64,000 bases of DNA from assembly GCF_001194135.2 (NCBI RefSeq), contig NC_068984.1:57414642-57478641 (forward strand), in the 5' to 3' direction. Positions 53,295 to 64,000 of this stretch are shown in pieces; position 1 is the stretch's first letter; each line of letters begins with the position of its first letter. This DNA comes from Octopus bimaculoides. Lineage: Eukaryota. A program made the translations under genes and the position numbers. The notes beneath the pieces are model-generated. The model was given only the letters and a program-made list of their open reading frames with translations, had not been told where the DNA came from and made no database searches.

Positions 53295-54819
53295 ATACTT
53301 CTGGCATTAATGCCTGCTAATCTTCTTTCTAGGAGTTCATTTAACTATAGGTGGGCCTCGTGGGGGTGGGATAACATATAGAATAGGAAAAAGATTACAA
53401 GGAAAGAAACACTAGCTATCTAAATACATACCTTCATTAAAGTTCAAACTACAATATATATTCATTAAAAACAAAAAACATTAAAGTAAAAAAAAAATTA
53501 CAAAGAAGGGTCCGTATGATTTACATTTAAATGTATTTGACTGCTTCTGTAGGTAATATTACTTCTTGAAAATAGTGTGCACATACATGTAAAAACATCT
53601 ATGCCTGTAAATAAATTTAGACATTCTTATATATGTGCACACACTGTCAGTTGGTATATGTGTATATGAAGTGAATGCATGCACAGTATTGCTAAAAATG
53701 CTCCTTCTTTATTTTTTTTTGTTGGTAAAGTTAAAACTTTATATATGATTTGATCACTTCACCCTAAATACTGATTCCATCTTATAACCAATTTTATATT
53801 TTAGACCTACTTAGATAAATTGGTTTGTTTATTTTCAACGTGCTTCCTTTGGTGCCATGCTATCTATACAGTTCAATAGGTTTGTTGGTATGGAGTCTGA
53901 GAAATGTGTGATAAGGAAATATCAAAATATAACTACAAGTATACTTGATTGTCACAGTGAAGTAGCACAACTTGTCAAGTTCATGCGATAACCACTCATT
54001 TTTATACAAAGTTCAAACTGTAATACATATGTTATGGGAAAAATCTAAGATATTTTTAGTTTCATGCCAAATATATAAATAAATAGGTAAGAAGAAACAA
54101 CTTTTTTTTAAATCTATAAAATATTAGAAATACCATGAAAATTGTTTTCTTTAGAATTTGATTATCTTGACAAATCTTATTTTCATTAGTATCAGTGTAA
54201 CCTTCTTGACCACACTGTGGTCACAAATGCATAACTCTTATGCTTTTTTTTTTCTTACTTAAAAATGACCAACTACATGCATGCCATTATGGTCACACTG
54301 CATTTTTGGGTCTATGGGGCATTACACATTATGGAGAACATTATACATTAGTTAAATGTAATAACACTGAAACCATTTAAATTTAAGAGGTTACTCAGAC
54401 CAAACTGAAATACAATTTATGATTTATATCTACAAAGTAATATTCAGCCAAAATTCATAAATCTTAGAGATCAATGACTTTTCATCATCATTGAAATATT
54501 TGCTTCCATGCTCACATAATTTGGATAAGTCCAGAGTCATGATGCCGCAGCAATCTTCTTAATCATACCTCTTCCCACCTGTGAGGCCAAATATCTATAA
54601 AATTAGAATTCAGTTTTAATTTATCTCATTTTATAATAATATATAAGCTGTCGCATCCTTTAGTTAAGAGTTCCAATAAGTCAATCATTGGTTCACTGCA
54701 TTTCCAGTGATGATAGCATAAAGCGGTGTCATTGCCTTTTTGCCAATATTCATATTCTTTGCCTTTGCCAAAAAAGTGTGTGTGTGACATACACACACAT
54801 GCACTATATGTGTGTGTGC

Positions 54820-54874
<55 letters not shown>

Positions 54875-55037
54875 NNNNNNNNNNNNNNNNNNNNNNNNNN
54901 NNNNNNNNNNNNNNNNNNNNNNNNNNNNNNNNNNNNNNNNNNNNNNNNNNNNNNNNNNNNNNNNNNNNNNNNNNNNNNNNNNNNNNNNNNNNNNNNNNNN
55001 NNNNNNNNNNNNNNNNNNNNNNNNNNNNNNNNNNNNN

Positions 55038-55082
<45 letters not shown>

Positions 55083-55424
55083 CTATGTACATTACATAAC
55101 ATGATAGCTGCTAATGAGAGTCACCCTCATACAAACAGTGTCATTCATTTCTAATCTTCCATTAAAATATGTCCACTCATGAAGAAATGTTACCTTGTTT
55201 GGAAATAAGTGAGGATTGGCAACAGGCAGGGTATCTGGCTGTATAAAATCTACCTCAAGAAATTCCATCTGACCCATGCAGACACGGAAATATGGATGTT
55301 AATATGATATTGTTGATGATGATATATGATATTTGCACTCTCTGAAGATCAATATGCAAAAGAGGATAGTTGCTTTGCTTTGTTAAATTGTATCTAGTGA
55401 TGATGATGATGTTGATAATCTTTT

Positions 55425-55730
55425 CTACTATAAGCACAAGTTCCAAATTTTGGGGAAGGGAGCTTGTGAACTGGTACTCATTTTATCAATCCTGAAAAGA
55501 TGAAAGACAAAGTTGACCTGAGTGGAATTTGAACTCAGAATGTAAAACCAGAAGAAATGTTACTATGCATTTTCTCCAGCTCATAAATGATTATGCTGGC
55601 TCATAAGAAGAAGAATTTCTAACTTAGGCAGTTTCCATCTACCATATTTTACTCACAATGTGCTGCACAGTGGAATCAAACTTGGAACTATGTAGGTGCA
55701 AAGTGAAATTTTTAATCGCATAACCATGTC
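55425..55730 (-). mobile_element. SINE family A (about 55425-55600) plus a partial family B (about 55628-55729)
   Basis: Reverse-complement similarity to the intact copies. Both are diverged. Confidence 0.7.
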
Positions 55731-57331
55731 TTCTTCCCTTCTTTCTCTGTGACAGCTATCTTGTACTAATATCACAAAGCATTTTTTATCATCCAGCAGC
55801 TATCAGATACTTGTAGTACCATATATTACATATCTCCCTTGCAAACATTAGCTGATGCTGTTCGTTTTGTATTTCCTATAGATCTCAGTTTCTCTGCAAC
55901 TGTCATAAACCTTCAACATGCAATACCTATACTTCATTACTATGTCACATGCAATTCTTATACATGTTTCAAATAATCTACTTTCTGCACAGAGAGAGAA
56001 AAAACCCTTTGTTACCAACCAATAAGATAACTTCCTGAGCTCCTATCACTTTCTCAGTCTGTTATATTTAGCAACTTCTAACTCTAATTAGGTCAAATAG
56101 GGAGCAAACAGGACTGACTACTTGCAAATTATAGAAGCAATTCATGGCTTTCATTTCAAGGGCACCTCTGCTGTTAGCTACCTCCTGTATATGTAGTGCA
56201 TTTAAAGTCTTTTTTCCCTGTAGATCCATCAAGAATCCCATTGTGCCTCTATTTCATTGCTTGGTATTGATTTCCCATTACAGTAACTTTTAAAGTATTA
56301 ATGGACTTTTATACTCTCTGTTATTAACTAGTAACAGAGAGCATAGAAAAACTGTTACTGCTGCTAGCACCCCACATCAATACTTCTTGTAGATACATCA
56401 ATATAGAAGTACTAAACTCTCAGTAAAATGAACTCCTGACCAGTTTAGCTTCCTAACTAGAAACACCTGAATCATTAGTGCCTTTGAGACGAATAAATGT
56501 TCCAACTTAACATTTCCCTACCTCTTTTATGACTTGAAGGCAACATTAAAGAGAAATAATCACTAAACTTTTTTTTTCTGGAATATTTTGTAATCAGTAA
56601 TAATACCTACTAGTAGGTCATTAACCTCATTGTGTTCAAGGAAATGGAAAGGTGGAGTTTTGACAATTATTCTTTTTTCCAAGAGCATTTAGGGATGTAA
56701 ATAGAATAGTTATAATCAAGATTTGAAACCTGAATTGAAGACAGCTCACCGAGAACTTACTTCCAATGCTATGCTCTTCTATAATCATTATCAGTCATTT
56801 TATCTAAGAATATATTTGAAACCTCAACATCCGCACAAATAGAGTGTTACTTTATTTCCTTCACACATCACTTACCAAATCTACTCCACCAGATGATTTT
56901 AGTTTGACTATGTGAGCATTGTGGCTGAAAGAACATAGTACCAACAGCACTGAAGCTGATGAGACTTAGCTAGGTTGAAATTTATCCTTTAGTTGTTGGG
57001 CCCATATGTTTTTGTTTTTTTCATGGAATTATAATTGTTTTAGAATAAGACATAGTTTTTGTGTGTGTCATTATAGATAATTTATAAATTCACAATTTTC
57101 CTTGAAATCATTACTACAATCATCATTCTAAATATTTTTCAAAAGAGGAAAATAGTAAATATTAAATACTTATACATTTCCTTATGATATTTATATTGTA
57201 AAAATTCTTAACAAAATAGATTTTTAAATGATTATATATTTTTGTAAGCTTGTGTTCAGAAAGTTTATTTTAAAATAAAATGTAAACTGTGAAGTTTGAA
57301 CTAATTACAAATCTTTTGTTTTCTTATTCAG

Positions 57332-57511
57332 ATTTTTGAGACAGAAAATCTCACATACGCTGAAGCCCTATGGGACCATGTTACAATGGACCCAGATGAG
57401 CTTGCCTTCCGTGCTGGTGAGGTCATCAAAGTAACAGACATGATAGATAAAGATTGGTGGTGGGGAATTCTTGAAGATAAAGATGGCTGGTTCCCTGCAA
57501 ATTTTGTCAGA
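57332..57511 (+). CDS. ARHGEF4/SPATA13/ARHGEF9-like: RhoGEF exon: SH3 domain (IFETENLTYAEALWDHVTMDPDELAFRAGEVIKVTDMIDKDWWWGILEDKDGWFPANFVR)
   Basis: Acceptor ttcttattcag| and donor aga|gtaagt. 180 nt, phase 0-0. AEALWDHVTM..ELAF.AG.VI.V.....DWWWG.....GWFPA.FVR is the Asef/collybistin SH3 signature. This exon is absent from the supplied ORF track. Confidence 0.97.
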
Positions 57512-58504
57512 GTAAGTATACATTTCATTAAGCTCTCTCTTATCTCCTGATCTCTCTTTTTCTCCAACATTCTTTAATCTCTTTGTCTAAGGATTCTGTG
57601 TCACTTTTTCCATATCTATCAGTGTGTGTCTTCTTGTTCTATAATTACATCATCCCCCTTTCTCTGATCGTAGCATAAAAGGTTTCTTTTTACTTTTTTC
57701 CTTGTGGCTTTTCTTTCCAGTCAAGTAAGCATTCTAACTTGAAAGTTATCACCACTCAGTCATTGTAAACGATTGAAGTGTATGTGGGGGGAATTATTTT
57801 GGTTTTAGGAGTATTTCCTATTAATTTACTAGATTTTCTTCATTCCTGTTTTATAATACTATATATATCTTTCTTTCTTAATTTTTACATGCAATCTATT
57901 GAAGACAGTTCTCTATCTATTCAGTCTTGTTTAAACTAAATTTTGATATTGTGAACCATAGATTCAGCATGGATTTCCTATTTATATAATATCACCATTT
58001 TTTTTCATTCCTTTCAAAGACCAAGCATGCTGCTGCAGATTTAAGTAAATGCTTAAGTTTTCATTATAGCTAGAAACTCTAAGTAGAGATTTCATTTATT
58101 TGCTATCAGAAATGAAGAACCAAACCTTGTTGCTTAAGAGGATATTCATACAAAACTATAGGTAGTTGCACTCTCATTTTCTATTTAGTAAAATTAATTT
58201 TGTGACAGTACATAATCTAGTCTTACATATTTAAAGCATATATGTTTATATAAATTTGAAAACAATATGAAGCTCACGACTGGGGGATATGCATTCAAAC
58301 TTTGCCATCAGTCATTATATTGTACTGCCAAGCAATGTTACGTTACTCTGTTTATCTCAATCTACTTACCTGCCAACAAGTTCTGCCTTTAGAAGTAGGG
58401 AGGACATCACATTGTATTCATTTATCATTAAATGTACCCTCGCATTAATACACATAGATACAATTAATTAGTCATCATTAAAACATTTGATTGCATATAC
58501 ATAT

Positions 58505-58676
58505 AGGCACAGGTATGGTTGTGTGGTAAAAAATTTGCTTCCCAACCACATGATTCTGGGTTCAGAACAACATGGCACCTTAGGAAAATCTCTACTATAG
58601 TTCTGGACCAACCAAAGCCTTGTGAGTGTATCTAGTAGAATAGGAACTGAAAGAAACTCATGTGTGTGTGTATGTG

Positions 58677-58715
<39 letters not shown>

Positions 58716-58806
58716 TGTGTGTGTGTGTATGTTTGTTTTTCAGTAGCCTTCATGGCATTGTCTTAGCATTGGCTGCAGTCCAATGACTGAAACGAAGGAT
58801 AAAAGA
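58505..58806 (+). mobile_element. SINE family B, internally deleted
   Basis: Head ggtatggttgtgtggtaa..ttcccaaccacatg and tail gcagtccaatgactgaaac..aaaaga. Confidence 0.8.
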
Positions 58807-59986
58807 TACACATAGACGTTACATATTTAGGTATACAGTACTAGATCTAAGAAAATGGTAAATGTCTATGTATAAGCATGTGAGCATGCATTTAAATATG
58901 TTTGATGCATGTGTGTATTGTGTGCAAATACATGTGCGTTTGTAATCAGACATATTTGTCTTAATGATGAGTTATTAACTGTATCAATGTTTGGTTTAGT
59001 AAATTCTTATTCAGAATATTTAACCTGAATCAAGGGAATTCTTTATTTGAAACCTATTCTATTTACTAAATAAACAAGATAATGCAGAAAAGAACTTTGG
59101 AAAGAAAGACAAATATTTTTACTTCAAATAAATGTACTCAAGCATTAGTTTTTTTTTTTCTATTTAAAGGTGTTTTGATATGGTGTAGTTTATTCAGGTG
59201 TTTAATAATAGATCTTTTAGAAAATTAGTGGAAATGCACAGTTCTCTTCACTGCTTTTTGCAATTGCCAAAAAATTCAGAAAATCTATGATGCTTTAAAT
59301 GATTCTTGTATTTCTAAGTTACCATATGCTATCAGCTAATTTCTTCCTTTCATTTTTTGTTTTCTTTTTTATATGCCTTATGGATGTTGAATGTGATAGT
59401 TTTGCTTTGGCTGCCAGATGTCCGACCCATTTTATTATGGAATCTATCTTGTAAAGAGAAAGATATCTAATTTAGGATTGGTGGTCTAAACAGAATATTT
59501 CATTTGCTAAGTTACTGGATGACTGAATAAGCTTAGATAGATAATTTTGTACTTTCTTTTAGAGTCTTTAACTTCACCACCACTTCTTTTTCCTTCTGCG
59601 CACAAATTTATCACACCATCTTCCTCTTGCACTTCTGTATGAAGTTTTACCTCATGGACCCAGTTGAACAGACTGCTGATATATTATACCTAAAAACAAA
59701 TATCAGTTTTTATATAGTTTAAAAAAATTTTTTTTATTTAATCCGAATTGTAACAGTCCACTATATTTTCTTCTTGAAGGGCACTGGAAGATCAGAAATA
59801 GAGTATGAGAAAACTAACAGAATTTAGTTCTCTCTCTACATTTTGAGTTCAGTTCCTGTCAGAATCAATTTTCTTTTTGTCCCATTGTTGTTAACTTAAT
59901 CCCAGATCAGTCATGGCCACCCCAAATTATTTTCAGGAAAAGTTCATCTAGGAATATATTATTCAGTGTTGCTTCTATTTCAAGTA

Positions 59987-61620
59987 CTGTAAAAACCCAT
60001 GTAATTTGCGCACCTGTGTAATTTACACAGGTGATTTTCAGGATAAAAATTGTTAAAAAAATGCTTCTACTCATGTAAAATACACACTCAAACATTTTCA
60101 GAATTGCCAATATGGCCAGGGGAAAAAGGTTTTCAATTTAGAGTTGTATTTAGCATAATTCCACTTATTAGATTTTATTAAATTTTCATTAGATAAAAAT
60201 AATTTCTGTTTTAACTGGTATCTCATTGAAAGCTATTAAATTACGAAGAGTTTGTCTTGTTTATAATAAACTTTATTTTACATTTCTTGCTCACAAGAGA
60301 TTATGTCCAATCTTTAGCATACTTCTGAATGTCTTCTCAACTCACGATCACAGGAAAAGTTGTTGATAGTTCTTATCAACAAAAACAAAGCTGATAAATA
60401 TGCACAAGTGTTGCAAAATAAGTTTCATTACCAATAAACATTAGCTTGGATGACACTTTACTCGACTGACAGAGGAAGGTGACCGATCAAACTGATTATG
60501 TAAACAGATTTCTGATTTGTCGAAAGTGTCTTCTCGTCTCAAGCTCTGATTTTCTGCCTATTCTTGTTGGAACCTTTGATACAGAATATTGAAATTTTAA
60601 TCCCTTTCACATTTATGAAATGTCAAGCAAAGTTTAAAATTTGTCATTACCATTTTAGTCAGGCAACCGAACTGATAGTTTGGTAACCTGCTAAAATAAA
60701 CATGAAAAATTGAAAGGAGAAAATAAACAGCTTTGCAAGTTTAACTCAGTGTTTATTGAACAAGAGAGATGCAAAATTTAAGAAGTGACTTGTTAGAATG
60801 TACACATCNNNNNNNNNNGAAAATAAACAGCTTTGCAAGTTTAACTCAGTGTTTATTGAACAAGAGAGATGCAAAATTTAAGAAGTGACTTGTTAGAATG
60901 TACACATCTGTGAGGAGACATAAACAAGAATAGCAAAAATCTACTATACCAAAATAACTGGTAATACATACATTACAAGTGTTCTATGAAGAGGACATAA
61001 GATTGCTGCATAATTCAACATGAATGTGAAACGACATTAAACGTCATATAAGGTAAATGAAGGTTTCTGTAGTCATATTCACTTAGTGAGTTTACATGCG
61101 CAAGGATGAGTTATGATGTTGTGGCCTACGTTAGATGCAGTAAGAGCTGATATCGGCTGTGAGGAATTTCATTTTGTCATAATATGGAAAAGCAAGCAAA
61201 TAGCTTCCTGGTGCAAACGCAAGCTAGAATCCTTAAGCGGAGAAAAACCGATCTATTTAAGGAAAATACTTGGCTCCATTGCAATAGGTAGAAACTCCAA
61301 GCAGTGTAAAATATGGCCTGGACCATAATTACCAGCATGAACATCAAACTTTGAAATGTAGTTAACCATTTAATGGCTTTAGTAAATTTATACAGATAAA
61401 GTAAGCATTATACCGTCCAGCATAAATAAAAGTCAACATCATAGTTTTTTCTGTAAAAACCTATTGACATTAAATGAGTCAACTTCCCATACATCATTTT
61501 TCAACAAAAAAAATTTCTAAAAAATTCTGGAAACGATCTACTCAAGTAATTTACATCCTCCCCTTAAAGTTTATTTTTGTTTTTGCGAAAAAAGTGCATA
61601 AATTACATGGGTTTTTACGG
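59987..61620. mobile_element. Tc2/pogo-type non-autonomous DNA transposon (about 1.6 kb)
   Basis: TA|c(t/c)gtaaaaacccatgtaattt(gc/at)gcac 27-bp TIRs with 3 mismatches and TA on both sides. No convincing transposase remnant found. Confidence 0.8.
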
Positions 61621-61925
61621 TATGTCAAGTGATGGTGGACTTTATAGAATAAGTACCAGTTGTGTTTTGCAATCAATGCAATAAACTGTACCTTCCTAAA
61701 CAAATTTCCAACACGTTTTCTGTTTGAAATTTGATAATCAAAAGCAATTTTATATATCTTTATACAATATCAGAAATTAAGATATTTTCCAAATTGATAA
61801 TTTCCTAAAGCATGGAAAATTTACATGCTATTATTAACTAGCATGTTTCTTGAAGTATAATCTAATTTTCCATAAATCATTTGTTTTTATAGTTAAATTA
61901 AGCATTTTATTTCATTTCATTTTAG

Positions 61926-62114
61926 TTGCGAGCCAATCAAGACCACCATTTAGAAGAAGCAGCTAAGTTAGAAGGTGCTGATTCCAGTAAGGATTCATCC
62001 TCCAATGTTGGTAAAACTCACCAGTTCAACAGTAACCAGGCCCGAACCAATGTAATTAATGAGATAATCTCTGCTGAGAGAGAATATGTTCACCAGTTGG
62101 ATGATGTTTTACAA
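61926..62114 (+). CDS. ARHGEF4/SPATA13/ARHGEF9-like: RhoGEF exon: SH3-DH linker and first DH helix (LRANQDHHLEE...NQARTNVINEIISAEREYVHQLDDVLQ)
   Basis: Acceptor tttcattttag| and donor caa|gtaagt. 189 nt, phase 0-0. R.NVINEI...ER.Y...L is DH conserved region 1, and LRANQD matches the recalled Asef LRVNQ(D/E). Confidence 0.95.
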
Positions 62115-62873
62115 GTAAGTTAACCAATGCATTGTTTAAGACTTGATCCATTTTGGGGGAGTTAAGCCTACCACTTCAGTGTTACTACCTTGCTAAGCAT
62201 CAAGTGCACTGTTTAAATCTCTTGATAAAGAAACTAACAAAGCTTGTAGTAACCAACTAAACTTTGCAGTGTTTGTCAAAGCTTCCAATTACCAAGTAAT
62301 GATTTATTGATTATGAATGTGGTGAATTGGTAGATTCATTAGAGTGTTTCACAAAATAACTTGTAGCATTTCTTCTACCACAAATTCCACTGTGGTCAAC
62401 CTTGTCTTTCATCTCTCCAAGGTTGATAAAATAAAGAACCAGCCAAGTACTACTAACCACCTCCTCCAAAATTTCAAAATTCCAATACTAGAAGCAATTA
62501 TTGACCAATTTTATAAACTTCTAAATGTGGTTATAACATGCAGTTAATTCATTGAATAATTATTACAATTGATTTATCCTCCACGCTAATAAAAATAACT
62601 TGTCAGTTGCTTGACTGCTTTTGGTGATCAAAAATATTTGTTGTATTAATTCTGGTACTTGACTAGTACTTATTGATTGTAATAACTCCTGAAAGACAAA
62701 GGCAAAAATCAATCTCAGTGGGATTTAAATAGATCTGGGACCTTGATTAAATACCACAAGGTATTTTGTCTAACACAAAAGCTTTGGTATGTGATTGTGA
62801 TGACTAGATACAACATTATGTACATCTGGTTTCATCTCTCATTAATTTACATGGTTTTTGTTCTCTCTCTCAA

Positions 62874-62911
<38 letters not shown>

Positions 62912-63174
62912 GAGAACTCGTTTCTTTTCTTTCTGTCACTCTTAATTCTGATATTCTCAAATTTATTTTCACTGTTTGAGTTAGAGATAATTCTGAAATA
63001 ATTTATACAGCTACTTTGTCGTTCAGTTTAACACTACCATCTGGCTCTTGAGAGTTTTTAAGTAGGTGCCATTTGAACCAGGCTTTCAAATATAAGTTTC
63101 TGGTATTTTAATTTGTCTAAAGAATAGTTTGTTTACTAAAACAAAGTTGTTAAAAATAATTATTCATTCTACAC

Positions 63175-63430
63175 TATATGCGTGTGTGTGTGTGTGTATA
63201 TATATACATATGTATATATAAGTATGTGTGTATTGTGTGTGTATGTATATACATGCATGCATGTGTGCATACGTGCATGTGTGCGTATGTATATACATGC
63301 ATGTGTGCATATGTACATACATGCATGTGTGCATATGTACATACATGCATGTGTACATATGTATATGTATATATATGAATGTGTGTGTATATACATGCAT
63401 GTGTATGCATTATATGCAAGTGTGTGTATG

Positions 63431-63465
<35 letters not shown>

Positions 63466-63520
63466 ACGTATATATATGCATGTGTGTGTATGTATATACA
63501 TGCATGTGTGTGTATGTATA
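63175..63520. repeat. Compound (TG)/(TA)/(TGCA) microsatellite
   Basis: Read directly from the sequence. It generates the spurious ORFs in the track. Confidence 0.95.
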
Positions 63521-63522
63521 TT

Positions 63523-63830
63523 CTACTACATATGTAGGAAATTCTGTCAGTGGGTGTGTCTGTGGAGTTGTTAGCTAACTCCTCCGACATTGTTTTATCA
63601 ATTTTGATGAAACTTGACACATGAGTGGAACTCATGTCTGGAAACCTCATAGCATACTCAGATTGTTGAAAAAAAATCGATAATAGGGCCCCTGGAAGGG
63701 ATTTTTATATTTATCTAACATATTTTGTTTTAAAAGCCAAGGGAAATAACCCATTCACCCCTGGAAGGGATCCTTATATATAGCAAAGGGAAATAACCCA
63801 ATCATTTTCCTAAATTATTTGGTATAAATC
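63523..63830 (+). mobile_element. Possible Helitron/Helentron-like non-autonomous element (5' part)
   Basis: Starts with TC, then tctgtcagt..gtgtgtctgt and aactcctcc..attttgatgaaacttg. This layout resembles invertebrate non-autonomous Helitrons as recalled. No 3' end identified. Confidence 0.35.
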
Positions 63831-64000
63831 AAACTGAGTAAGCTTATTTCTTAGTATTTGAACTGTTTGAATTATTTTCGCAATTTATCCAGTATAACCC
63901 TTAAATAAGTAAATAGTATTTTCCTAAACAATAGATCCATTTATTTCAGTTAGTGACTTATTCACGAATATACCAACACTAGCACTGCTGAGGGTAATAT

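Noticed and set aside
57328-57570. 80-aa - strand ORF
   Set aside because: It is the antisense shadow of the SH3 exon, with no independent support.
60719-60908. Exact 90-bp direct repeat on either side of 10 Ns
   Set aside because: Identical copies flanking a fixed 10-N spacer are the signature of an unmerged contig overlap, so this is most likely an assembly artefact.
63164-63650. Six overlapping His/Thr/Cys/Val-rich ORFs
   Set aside because: They are translations of a compound microsatellite.

Overview
AT-rich animal genomic DNA with five N gaps. The SINE families and dense (TA)n/(CA)n microsatellites suggest an octopus; this is inferred from repeat content. The window holds the 5' half of one + strand gene, an SH3-DH Rho-family GEF of the Asef/collybistin family (ARHGEF4/SPATA13/ARHGEF9). 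Four GT-AG exons (18141-18279, 32531-32676, 57332-57511, 61926-62114) splice into one open frame of 218 codons covering an N-terminal region, an acidic linker, the SH3 domain and the start of the DH domain; the gene continues past the window. The introns carry many transposon relics. These include RTE, Hero-type, R4/Dong-like and CR1/Jockey-like LINEs, several SINE families, a deleted mariner, Tigger-, Tc2- and piggyBac-type MITEs, and a foldback insert with telomere-like repeats. I see no evidence for a wholly new multi-gene system. The strongest leads are: (1) an LGRSHSMPENLN+KIHKRRR motif nearly identical to the Cdc25C Ser216 kinase/14-3-3 site; (2) up to four ATG-initiated 5' exons that all end in phase 1 and could each splice to one constant exon; (3) a phase-symmetric, skippable SH3 exon; (4) an unexplained perfect 33-bp intronic inverted repeat. 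Homolog sequences are quoted from memory and need confirming by alignment.
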